Assembly: GCA_951406725.2 (NCBI GenBank)
Contig: OX597826.1
Coordinates: forward strand, 25,296,001-25,360,000
DNA length: 64,000 nucleotides
Reading direction: 5' to 3'
Source: Octopus vulgaris
Lineage: Eukaryota
Made by a program: the position numbers and the translations under genes. How positions within the stretch are numbered: position 1 is the stretch's first letter; the number at the start of each line of letters is the position of its first letter. The notes under the pieces are model-generated. The model saw nothing but the letters and a program-made list of their open reading frames with translations. It searched no databases and had not been told where the DNA came from. This document shows, in pieces, positions 1-10,284 of this stretch.

Positions 1-392
1 AATCGAACTCACTATCTCTTGATTATGAGCTCAATGCTCTAACCACTGAACCATGCGACTTCACATGTAGAGTTATACATAGAGCGGTTTATCTTTAATC
101 TGAAGAGGGCCAACCAACAGCAAAACTTCGAAGTCACTGTCAGCTCTTTTTCCTTGTACCAGAGTTCTAATACAATGATTAAAAATATATGAACACACAG
201 TCATATCATATGTATTGTAGTATGGCTGTGAAATTGTGTCTCGTGGTTAGACATATAAATACAGCATACATACAGAACTGTAGAGAAATGCATATAAATA
301 AAGGCATATATAGATATATAATACACACACACATAACACACAGTTAAATATACATACAAAACATATGGCCAAATACACAGACCAACATACAT

Positions 393-427
<35 letters not shown>

Positions 428-556
428 CATGCACACACATACATACATGTATTAATACATACAAATATGAATTATAAATTCAATTCACTATACTGTCCCT
501 GCTATAGACTAATCAAATAAAAGTATTATCATCAATATGAGTGATAATAATGATGA

Positions 557-590
<34 letters not shown>

Positions 591-947
591 GGTGGTGATG
601 ATGATTTCTTTTATTTGCCACAAGGGAGTTGGATGAAGGAGATATTACAAAGACTTCCCATCATTTCATCTGCCCAGGATTGCAATAAATAATTGCTTTG
701 CAAAGAAAATAAGCAACATGGCAGACAGAGCATATATCAGCTGAGCATCAGATTTTAAAATGCCTTGTGGTATGCACTCAATTATGACTCCTCATTATGC
801 TCCGAGTTCAAATTTGCCTCTTAACCTTCTGGGGTCAATAAAACAAAATCGTACCAGTCAAGTACCAGAGTGTTAGGTCAAAACCAATTCTATCAAAGAC
901 CGATGGAAACATGCTACTGGTAACCATATAATCCAGTAATACCACAA

Positions 948-1135
948 GTGGAGCACTTAATCACCTAAGCCCCTTTGTTTCCTATGGAGCATAGGCCACC
1001 AACAACCTATCTCCACTCTTCTCGACTATGGGTTGTCATTTCTACTTGGTTCCAGTTGGAGTCCTGCTTTTTCAACCCTTTTTCAGTATTTCTCCTCAAG
1101 ATATTTTTAGGGCATTCTCTCTTTCACCTCCCTTG
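948..1135 (-). mobile_element. Decayed 3' end of an RTE-clade LINE (distinct from the element at 40.8-44.1 kb)
   Basis: The minus strand reads QGR*KRECPKNILRRNTEKGLKKQDSNWNQVEMTTHSREEWR*VVGGLCSIG. This matches the typical RTE C-terminus GKRKRGRPKNTWRR...W...AQDR..WR.LV..LC, with in-frame stops. Confidence 0.7.
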
Positions 1136-1384
1136 CTGTCAATAAATAAATACTATAGGGATCAGTGTGCATTGGCTTGTTCAGGGTCTTTACAGGTCTA
1201 GGGGCCCAATTCTGATCTGTTTATGCAGTGGCTTGCTGTCAATAAATAAATAACATAGGGTCCAGAGTATTAATTTGCCAGGGGTCTTCACTGATGTTGG
1301 AGCCCAACTCTGATCTATGTATGTTGTGGCTTGCTATCAATTATTAAATACTACAGGGCCCAGTGCACTGATTTGCTTGAGGGC
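1131..1384. repeat. Degenerate ~99-bp tandem repeat, ~2.5 copies
   Basis: CTTGCTRTCAATWAWTAAATAC..AGGG recurs at ~1132, ~1232 and ~1330. GCCCAAYTCTGATCT occurs in the first two units. Confidence 0.8.
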
Positions 1385-1529
1385 TTAGAATGTTGTTAAA
1401 ATGGTCCTGTAACCATCCCCTAAATTTGAGATTTTGTAATCAATGACTCAAAGAAAAGAATGAACATTACATTTTTTTTCATCTAGTTTCAGCTCACGAG
1501 CTGTGGCCATGCTGGAGCACTGCCATTAA

Positions 1530-1700
1530 GAGAAAGTTGTGGCGAAAGAGTCAGCAGAAGTTCGCCATTACCTTCTGCCGGAACCGCGTGGAGAGTAGGT
1601 GTTTCGCTTATAAACACACACACATCGCCCAGTCTGAGATTCGAACCCGCAATCCCTAGACCGCAAGTCGACTGCTCTAACCACTAGGCCATGTGGCTCT
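1530..1700 (-). mobile_element. tRNA-derived SINE, family B (5' part)
   Basis: The minus strand has A-box TGGCCTAGTGG and B-box GGTTCGAATCT. The body is shared with copies at 7475, 17202 and 56735. Confidence 0.8.
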
Positions 1701-1820
1701 ACATCTTTCAATATTCTTCATTACCTCCATCAATGCAAGAAGGAACTCTTTGTTATCTTTAGAGCAAAACAAACACGTTAAGATAACTTGAAGTTTTCAT
1801 TCCATATACACACACTCAAA

Positions 1821-1866
<46 letters not shown>

Positions 1867-2044
1867 AACACATGCAGCTATACATGTATTATGTTTGGAT
1901 ATATAGGCATGTGCATACCTGCAGTATTTAAGTGCATATGAAATGCATTGCACTTGAGCAGAATAAATGAATTCTTGATAAGAAAATTGAATAAACAATG
2001 TTTGAGTAAAGGAAAAGTTATTGTAAATGAGAGAAATATAAGAG

Positions 2045-2372
2045 ATGATGATGATGATGATGTTGGTGATATTGGTGGTGGCGGTGGTAGTAGCGGCAGT
2101 AGTAGTGGTGGTGGTGGCAGTGGTAACAGCGGCAGTAGTAGTGGTGGTAGTGGCAGCAGTAGCAATAGTAGTGGTAGTAGTGGGGGTGGCTTTGGTAATG
2201 GTGGCAGTAGTGGCAGCAGCAGCAGCAGCAGTAGTGGCAGTAGCAGCAATTGTAGTGGAGGTGACAGTGGTAACGGTAGCAGTAGTGGCAGTGGTAGTGG
2301 TGGAAGTAGTAGTGGTAATAGTAGTGGTGGCAGTGGCACCAATAGTAGTAGTGGTGGTGGTGCTAATGGTAG
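2045..2372. repeat. Compound trinucleotide microsatellite (GAT/GGT/AGT/AGC)n
   Basis: Directly visible. It gives Gly/Ser, Val/Ala and Leu/Pro pseudo-ORFs in several frames. Confidence 0.9.
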
Positions 2373-2426
2373 TGTTAGTTTAGTAATTAGTGAGATGGCA
2401 TGCTCTGTAGTCCTTATGTAATTCGG

Positions 2427-2830
2427 TGTAGGCGTGGCTGTGTTGTTACGAAACTAGCTTTGCAGCCATAAGGTTTCAAGTTCAGTTCCACTGCAAGGCA
2501 CCTAGGACTCACCAATGCCTTGTGAGTGAATTTTAGTAGGTGGAAACTATGTAGAAGCCTGTCATATCATTATCATCATCAATATTTAACATCCATTTTC
2601 CAAGCTGGTATGGGTATTCATCAAACGTGTGTGTGAGTGTGTGTGTGCATTTGTCCTCCACTACCACTTGACAACTAGTGTAAGTTTGGTTATATCCCCA
2701 TAACTTTACAGTTCAGCAAAAGAGACTAAGCGACTAAGTTTTGGCATTGATTTCCTTGAGTAAAATTTCCATGTCAGTGCTCCAGCATGGCAGCGATCCA
2801 ATGACTGAAACAAGTATAGTAAGATATAAG
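2427..2830 (+). mobile_element. SINE family A, degenerate copy with an inserted RTE-tail stub
   Basis: GGCGTGGCTGTG head and CCAGCATGG...ATGACTGAAACAAGT tail match the 8304-8680 copy. Confidence 0.7.
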
Positions 2831-4119
2831 GTACTCATTGGTCTGATTTATGATCAAAAATGTTCCATCCATGACCACTCCATTGTTCTTAGGCATCATG
2901 TTTCTAGGACTACCATATTTCAATGTAGTCCTTGACTGGACCATTTCAAAGATGGAAGGTAGGGTGTAAATTTAGGAAACTTTGGCTGCTGTTTCTAGAA
3001 GGGTGTACAACCACATACAAGTTCCTTTGCTAGTTCATGTACACCCTGAGAAAACACATATATGATCAAAGGCGTTCCAAGTATGACCACCCAGTCTTCC
3101 ATTTTTTTGTGAAAAGGATATTGAGGACTACATTATCCATTGTATGTTCTCACATTTTAAGATGTCAGGTTATACTTCGAGGGAGATTTGGCTGTGATTT
3201 CTAGCAAGTCTAGCAACCAAATAAAAGCATTCTTGGTTTACTGAAGCCATTGTTGTTGGTGATGGTGGTGGTGATAGTGAATGTGGTGGTGGTGGTAGTA
3301 CAGAGTGTGTTGTGTGGTTTTGGTGGAAGCACAGTGGTGCATGATTACATAGTATGTAGTAGAGATAATACAATGGCTGTAATAGTAATAGTGGTGGTGC
3401 TGTAATAATAGTAGTAGTAACTGTGGTGGTGGTGGTGGTGGTAGTAGTAGTAGTAGCATTGGGAGCATGCAGTGAGGGTGAAGACAAGTATGCAGTGCAG
3501 TAGGTAACAGCAAATGCGGTTGTGGTGTTGGTGTTGGCAGTGGTTGTGGTGTCTGGGGAAAGTGTGTGTTGGGAGGGAGGTAGTATATGATAGATGATTA
3601 AATGAAGAATCTTGGCAAGACAGTAATAAAGCTATGTGTGTGTGTGTGGTGTTTGTAGTATGTCTGCGTGTGAGTGTATTATTACATCATCTTGACATTT
3701 TACTAACATGTTCAGTTGAAAAGAATAACAAGAGAACTTTTATAAAACCAAATAACCTCTTTCTTTTCTCGTGTGTGTGTGTGTGTACGTATGTATGCAT
3801 GTGCGTATGTGTGCTTTCTTAATTTGAACAATGCGGTGTATATAAGAAATAATCAAAGTCAATGGATTGTATTCATACCTTGTATTTCAATATTTTGGGG
3901 CTAAGAACCTTCATCAAGAAATCTTTGGAGATACGTTGCTGTGAGCTGAATTTTCTGTTCTCAAGCATATGTATACACCCCAAAATATTGAAGGTCAAGA
4001 TATAAAGTACAAATCACTGGCTTGTATTATTTCTTATAGCTTGCATCGTTTTCGTTAAAAAAGAAAACAAATTAAAAACACTTATCTGACTCAGATAGAA
4101 CTTCATGTAAACAGTATAA

Positions 4120-4525
4120 ATGATGTTGGCATTGACGTTAAAATTCACCCAAGGCTTGGTTCCCGTGCCATCTGGCCTCTACAAAAATCATTCTCGCATC
4201 ACATCACAAAACTAAGACAGAACTATTTCACCTCAACTGGCCCTGCTCTCTTTAACATCTTGCCAAGACGCATAAGGGAAGAAAAAAATCTTCATGAATT
4301 TTTTTACAAACTGTTCCTTGACAAATACCTCTAACAAATTCCAGATAAACCACTCACACTTGGACATATTCTCTGCAAATGATAACTCTTTACTCAAATG
4401 GGCAGTGGTGCTCAAAGAATGACTGTAATATGAAACATCATTAAATGTCTACCTGGGGTGGGTGGGGGTCGTCTATTAAGTTAGTTATGACCTAGGCCAA
4501 TTCTGGCCAAAACTTTTCTAAGTAT
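4120..4525 (+). mobile_element. Decayed 3' end of a CR1/L2-type LINE
   Basis: Frameshifted peptides VGIDVKIHPRLGSRA, GPALFNILPRRIRE and LFLDKYL*QIPDKP resemble the CR1/L2 C-terminal GP.LFN.LP..IR...FK..LD.FL..IPD.P pattern. Confidence 0.6.
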
Positions 4526-4543
4526 ATATGTGTGTGTGTATGC

Positions 4544-4586
<43 letters not shown>

Positions 4587-4590
4587 TACA

Positions 4591-4720
4591 ACGGGCTTCT
4601 TTCAGTTTCCGTCTACCAAATCCACTCACAAGGCTTTGGTCGGCCCAAGGTGTAATGCAGTGGGACTGAACCTGGAACCATGTGGTTGGTAAGCAAGCTA
4701 CTTACCACACAGCCACTCCT
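4591..4720 (-). mobile_element. SINE family A, internally deleted 5' half
   Basis: ACGGGCTTCTTTCAGTTTCCGTCTACCAAATCCACTCAC...CACACAGCCACTCCT is the reverse complement of the family A head. Confidence 0.85.
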
Positions 4721-5868
4721 ATATCTATATATATATTTATATATAACCTCTACAACAGCTAGAGATAGTTACCAAATGGCACTAAGAACCACCTTATTAA
4801 GAACCAAAAGCAAATGAAAAATAATAATAAGTACAGCCTTCCAGTTAATTGTGTATTGTGTGTGTATTAACTGGAAAGTTGTATTTATTCGTTTTCATTT
4901 GTTCGTTTACAACCTGAGCTGTAGGAGAAATAAGGTGGTTCTTCATGCCATTTGGCATCTGTCTCTGGTGTGTTAGAGAGGTTATTCCGATCCCTTTAAA
5001 ATAATTAAGTATATAATTATAAATTTAGTATATAAAAATTACCTATGTGGTTTTTATTTCCTGCTGACCAGTCAATAAATCATTAAAATGATCTTATCCT
5101 TAATTTCAGAAAGAATATATATTTATATTTACACACACACACATTTATATGCATACATACATACATGCAAATATATATATATCAGGGCCGTGTGGTGATC
5201 TTTCTGGCTGGGGAAGCAATGACCAAAATTTTCTGTTACATAGATATTTGAATCAAATTGACGTGTTTATATTATACAGCTGTTTTTAAAATTTTTTTAA
5301 AATCACATTTTATATTAAGGGTATTCTGTAATTTGAAAAAGTATAAAATATTAGTTGAATAAACGCAGAAAACTACATTTTCTCTGATGGAAGCAGAACA
5401 TCAACTTGCTTCACTTTTCCTATGTGTTACATAACATTGTAACATTATATATATCATAGGTATTGCAAATTGACAGAAACGCTTAATCTAAGCGTATAAA
5501 TATTTATTAGCATCTAAAATATTACACCAAAAAGGATGCAACAGCTCGTGTTGTTTCCATTGCAACGGTTTTTTTGTGTCATCTGCCATGGCTTGTCATC
5601 TGAAGCTAAATGTGACAATAAAAGCCTGAAGCCTATGATGTCATGCAGTTTATATTAATTTTACAGAACATTAGAAGAACGATCTTATGAAAAATGAGTA
5701 ATATAGCTTCAATTTTGTATCTATAATTTTTAAGGGAAACATTGCTTCACTTGTTTCCAGGGGCCGCAAGTTCAGCAAAATTTAGATTCAAATGAATATG
5801 GTACTTAAGTCAAAGGCACCAGAATTTTGTATATGGTATTATCCATATAAATCTATGGGGTGATTACA

Positions 5869-6056
5869 ATCAAGATAAGCAACAAGTATATCCGATGTAA
5901 TGTTGTACAAGCATTTCATGCTACTTCATTTTATTAAACACTTTAAGTATTACATCAGTTTTAAAACAGATGTAATACTAACAGTGTTTAATAAAATGAA
6001 GTAGCATGAAATGATTGTACCACATTACCTCGGATATACTTGTTGCTTATTTTGAT
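5869..6056. repeat. ~188-bp near-perfect spacerless palindrome
   Basis: The arms pair around GTTTT|AAAAC (centre 5962/5963), e.g. CATTTCATGCTACTTCATTTTATTAAACACT with AGTGTTTAATAAAATGAAGTAGCATGAAATG. Confidence 0.92.
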
Positions 6057-6483
6057 ATATATATATATATAAACACACACACATATAATGTATGGTTAAA
6101 AAGTTTGCTCTGCAATTACATGGTTTGGGGTTCAGTCCCAATGTGCTGCACTTTGGGTGTCCCTTACTAAACCCATGAATTGATGAAAACCTTGTGAGCG
6201 GATTTCGTAAATGGAAACTGAAAGAAACCCAACATATGCACATATACATGTGTGTGTGCATGAGAGAGAGAGAGAGAGAAAGTGTGTGTGTGTGTGTGTG
6301 TGTGAGAGAGAATGTGTGTATGTGTATGAAAGAGAGAGAGTGTGTGTGTTTGTGTGTGTGCGTTAGTGACAGATACACACAGGAAGAAAACAATTGAGAC
6401 AGACAGGTAAATAGTGAGAGAAAGAAAGAGAGAGACAGATATGTGAAATGAAACCAGACACAATTCAGAGAAAATAACTTTAA

Positions 6484-6878
6484 CCCTTTAGCATTTAATC
6501 TGGTCATATCTGGCCCAAATATTCTTCTTGTTTTAAGCTCAACAAGCCTGATCTGGTCTCTCACACATACCCTACAATGTCATTCTAAAAATAAACAATC
6601 ACATCATCAAAATCTCAAAGCTAGAAGATAATGCATGATTAAATTGCAAACAATAACAATAAATAAACGTTACATTTGATAATCTGGCAAAAATGTTCTT
6701 TCTGATTTATGTTAAAACTATCCAGATCCAACCTTTCGCAACAACCCTACAATGTCATTCTAAAAATAAACAATCACACCATCAGAGTCTGATGCTTCAG
6801 GATAATGCCTGATTAATTTGCAATCAACGTAAATAAATAAGCATTGCTTTTGCTGGAGTAATCTGAATGCTAAAAGGG
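6484..6878. mobile_element. piggyBac-like MITE with internal tandem duplication
   Basis: TTAA|CCCTTTAGCATT...AATGCTAAAAGGG|TTAA. ACCCTACAATGTCATTCTAAAAATAAACAATCACA occurs twice inside. Related copies lie at ~35291-35840 and ~48395-48603. Confidence 0.8.
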
Positions 6879-7474
6879 TTAAGAGGAAAACAAAAATAAA
6901 ATAATAAAAGGAAGAGTGAATGAAAAAGAGCAGATGTGTTTATACTGTCTTAAATGTTGCCCCCAAGCAACAACAACAACACCTATGTTTAGGTAACATC
7001 TGTTTAGATGTTGTTGTTGTTGGATAGCCCCAGGTCAGCTCAGATTGAGGAAGCACATAATGAAAAGGATTCCAGCTGTGGCCATCCTGCCACATTTTAA
7101 AAATATCTAGGATTACACACACATACACATGCACATACACACATATACACACAGAATTCAGAATTGTACAAAAAAAGAACAAAAAAAAACAAAAGACAGA
7201 GACAGGTGAGAGAACAACAAACAAGGTATATTAATCCTACACTCAGGAAAAATGGAGGAATGTTGGAGGTTTGGAGCCTATGATGTATATAGGATTGCAC
7301 CTAGAAAGTTACCCTCTGAGGCACAAGTCTGGGCAAGGTTGTTTATGGAAGACCAGCTGTCGCCCATGCATACCAGCCTCCCCTCTCCATGTCACCAGTG
7401 TTATCCAAGGGAAAGGAAAAGGCCGATACAGTTTGGCACATGTGATGCCGGGGGCTCATTTATTAACGTGCAAG

Positions 7475-7760
7475 TGGTCGAACATTTCACAGACACGTGT
7501 ACCTTTAACATAGTTCTTGGGGAGATTCAGTGTGGAAAGGCTGGCCCTTTGAAATACAGGTACAACAGAAACAAGAAGAAAGAGTGAGAGAAAGTTGTGG
7601 TGAAAGAGTACAGCAGGGTTCACCACCACCTCCAGCTGGAGCCTCATGGAGCTTTAGGTGTTTTGCTCAATAAACACTCACAATGCCCAGTCTGGGAATT
7701 GAAAACCGAGATCCTACAATCGTGAGTCTGCTGCCATAACCACTGGGCCATTGTGCCTCC
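7475..7760 (-). mobile_element. tRNA-derived SINE, family B
   Basis: Head GGAGGCACAATGGCCCAGTGGTTA on the minus strand; body shared with the 56735 copy. Confidence 0.75.
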
Positions 7761-7763
7761 AGT

Positions 7764-7803
<40 letters not shown>

Positions 7804-7870
7804 AACACATACATATAGCTATATACACATCTATATATATATACATACACACTCATATATGTGTGTGTAT

Positions 7871-8240
7871 TCTTTTACTTTAGTCATTTGGCTGTGGCTT
7901 TGCTGGAGCACCACCTTAAAGGATTTTAGTCGAACAGGGCTTATTTTTTTTATTTAAACCCTAGTACTTATTCTATCGGTCTCTTTTGTCGAAACCGCTA
8001 AGTTACTGGGACATAAACACACCAACACTGGTTGTCAAGCAGTGATGGGAGGACAAACACAGATGCATAGATATATACATATGCATATATATACACGATG
8101 GGCTTCTTTCAGTTTCCATCTACCAAATCCACTCACAAGTCTTTGGTCAGCCTGAGGCTATAACAGAAGACACTTGCCTAAAGTGCCACACAGTGGGACT
8201 GTACTTGGAACCATGTGGTTGGAAAGCAAGCTTTTTAACC
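7871..8240 (-). mobile_element. SINE family A, full length
   Basis: Reverse complement of the 8304-8680 copy over its length. Confidence 0.85.
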
Positions 8241-8303
8241 ACACAGCCACACCTCTGCCTATGTATGTTGTATGTATATATATATATACATAGTTTACAT
8301 ACA

Positions 8304-8680
8304 AGCATAGGAGTGGCTGTGTGGTAAGTAACTTGTTTACAAACCATATAGTTCTGGGTTCTGGGCAAGTGTCTTCTACTATAGCCTCGGGTTAACCAAA
8401 GCCTTGTGAGTGGATTTGGTAGATGGAAACTGAAAGAAGCCCGTCGTATATATGTATATATGTATGTGTGTGTGTATATGTTTGTGTGTCTGTGTTTGTC
8501 CCGTCAACATCGCTTGACAACCGATGCTGGTGTGTTTACGTCACTATAACTTAGTGGTCCGGCAAAAGAGACCGACAGAATAAGTACTAGGCTTACAAAG
8601 AATAAGTCCTGGGGTTGATTTGCTCAACTAAAGGCGGTGCTACAGCATGGCCACAGTCAATTGACTGAAACAAGTAAAAG
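8304..8680 (+). mobile_element. SINE family A, near full length (commonest repeat in the window, roughly 20 or more copies and fragments)
   Basis: It has a tRNA-like head GGAGTGGCTGTGTGGTAAG, body GCCTTGTGAGTGGATTTGGTAGAYGGAAACTGAAAGAAGCCCG, an internal (TA/TG)n and tail GACTGAAACAAGTAAAAG. tRNA-derived SINEs (OK/OR1/OR2) are known from octopus; exact family assignment is not verified. Confidence 0.88.
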
Positions 8681-9094
8681 TGTATATATATATATATATT
8701 TAAACATATACATACATACAAAATGTATAGACATGCACACCAAATGAATACTCCCTTGTCTCACTCTTTTGTGACAATACTTCTAACAAGAATATACAAG
8801 CATTCCATTTAAATTCTCAAAACCATCAAGAACAATGAGAAGATTAGTGAAATAACTCACAACTTACTTATACAAGATAAATATTTGTCAATGTGAATTT
8901 ACTATCTGTCATGTGATTATGAGACTTCAGTCTAAGATCTGTAATTAACATTTTAACAGTTTAATAGAGTCAGTCTTAGGCAGGTTGATTTTGGGATCCT
9001 GAAAAGGTGGCAGTGTGAGTGAGACAGAACTGGCTGTTATATTCAGCAGGTCAAACACCTGTATAAAAGTTTCTTAATTGGTTTGACAGCTGTG

Positions 9095-9562
9095 TGTAAT
9101 TATAGCTACAGTCACCTTAATTTGAAGGATATGTAGATGATAAATCTTTGCTGTTTTATGGCCCCTAAAAGGCATGTAATTATAGTTATTTCACCTTAGT
9201 TTGAAGAATATGTAGATGATAGATCCCTGCTGTTTTACGACCTCTAAATGGCTTGTAATTACAGGTACTTCACCTTAGTTTGAAGGCTAGTTAGATGATA
9301 GATCCTTGCAGTTTTATGACCCCTAAACCTGTTGTAATTATAGTTATTTCACCTTAGCTTGATAGCTGGTTAGATGATAGATCCCTGCTGTTTTATGACC
9401 TCTAAATAGCTTGTAATTATAGGTATCACACTTTATTTTGAAGGCTGGTTAGATGATAGATCCTTGCAGTTTTATGACTCCTAAAGGGCTTGTAATTATA
9501 GCTTGAAGGATGGTTTGATGATAGCTCTCTGCTGCTTTATGACCCCTTACATTTGTAGTAAT
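9095..9562. repeat. ~79-bp minisatellite, ~6 copies
   Basis: Unit TGTAATTATAG..TTCACCTTAGTTTGAAGG..TAGATGATAGATCCCTGCTGTTTTATGACCYCTAAA starts at ~9095, 9175, 9254, 9333, 9412 and 9491. Confidence 0.92.
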
Positions 9563-9569
9563 TTTATGA

Positions 9570-9830
9570 CATATCTCATGAGACATTTCGTAACACTTAA
9601 GGGACACCAGATGATGACAAGGAGACACCTGCTGATGAGGAGACAGACACCTGTTGGTGCCAACAAGTCACCTGATAAAAATTACGAAATATTTAATGAT
9701 GACAACAAAGAGACACTAGATGATGTTAAGGACACACCTGATGGGGATAAGAAGACACCTGATGAAGATTATGAGACACCTGATAACTATTATGAAACAT
9801 TTGATGACAAAAGACACCTGATGACAATAA
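9570..9830. repeat. 21-bp minisatellite (consensus ~GAGACACCTGATGATAACAAG), ~12 copies
   Basis: GACACCTGATGA recurs with a 21-nt period. Confidence 0.8.
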
Positions 9831-10128
9831 TCACACACATAACAATCAAAACTCAAACTGATAGAATATCAATATTGCAAAAGCAAAAAAAAAAAAAGCA
9901 AGGTTTTTCATTTCCAATCCTTTGAGATTAATAATTTGAAAAATGTTAATCTCATTAATAACTTATCATAGACATTTCGAAGGCTCGTTTGTGTGAATTA
10001 ATCCACTTTGATATATTATTGATTAATTAATTAACTGTTCAGTTTATTGTTTTTTTCTCTCCTCCTTTTAAATATTGTTTTAATGTTACATTCAATGAAA
10101 AGAGCAGTCAATACACTCATGGCTTCTG

Positions 10129-10232
10129 CTAATAATAATAATAATAAAAATAATAATAATAAAAATAATAATAATAACAATAATAATAATAATAACAATA
10201 AAAATAAAAATAATAATAACAATAACAATAAC

Positions 10233-10284
<52 letters not shown>
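10129..10284. repeat. (AAT/AAC)n microsatellite, left flank of the Dong-like LINE
   Basis: Directly visible. Confidence 0.95.

Noticed and set aside
1948-2421. 157-aa Gly/Ser-rich ORF
   Set aside because: It is a trinucleotide microsatellite open in several frames on both strands, with no non-repetitive coding context.
5183-5772. hAT-like MITE starting CAGGGCCG
   Set aside because: The right end is too degenerate and no TSD was found, so boundaries cannot be supported.
9095-9562. Possible CRISPR array
   Set aside because: Whole units are homologous with no unique spacers, there are no cas genes, and the context is eukaryotic.
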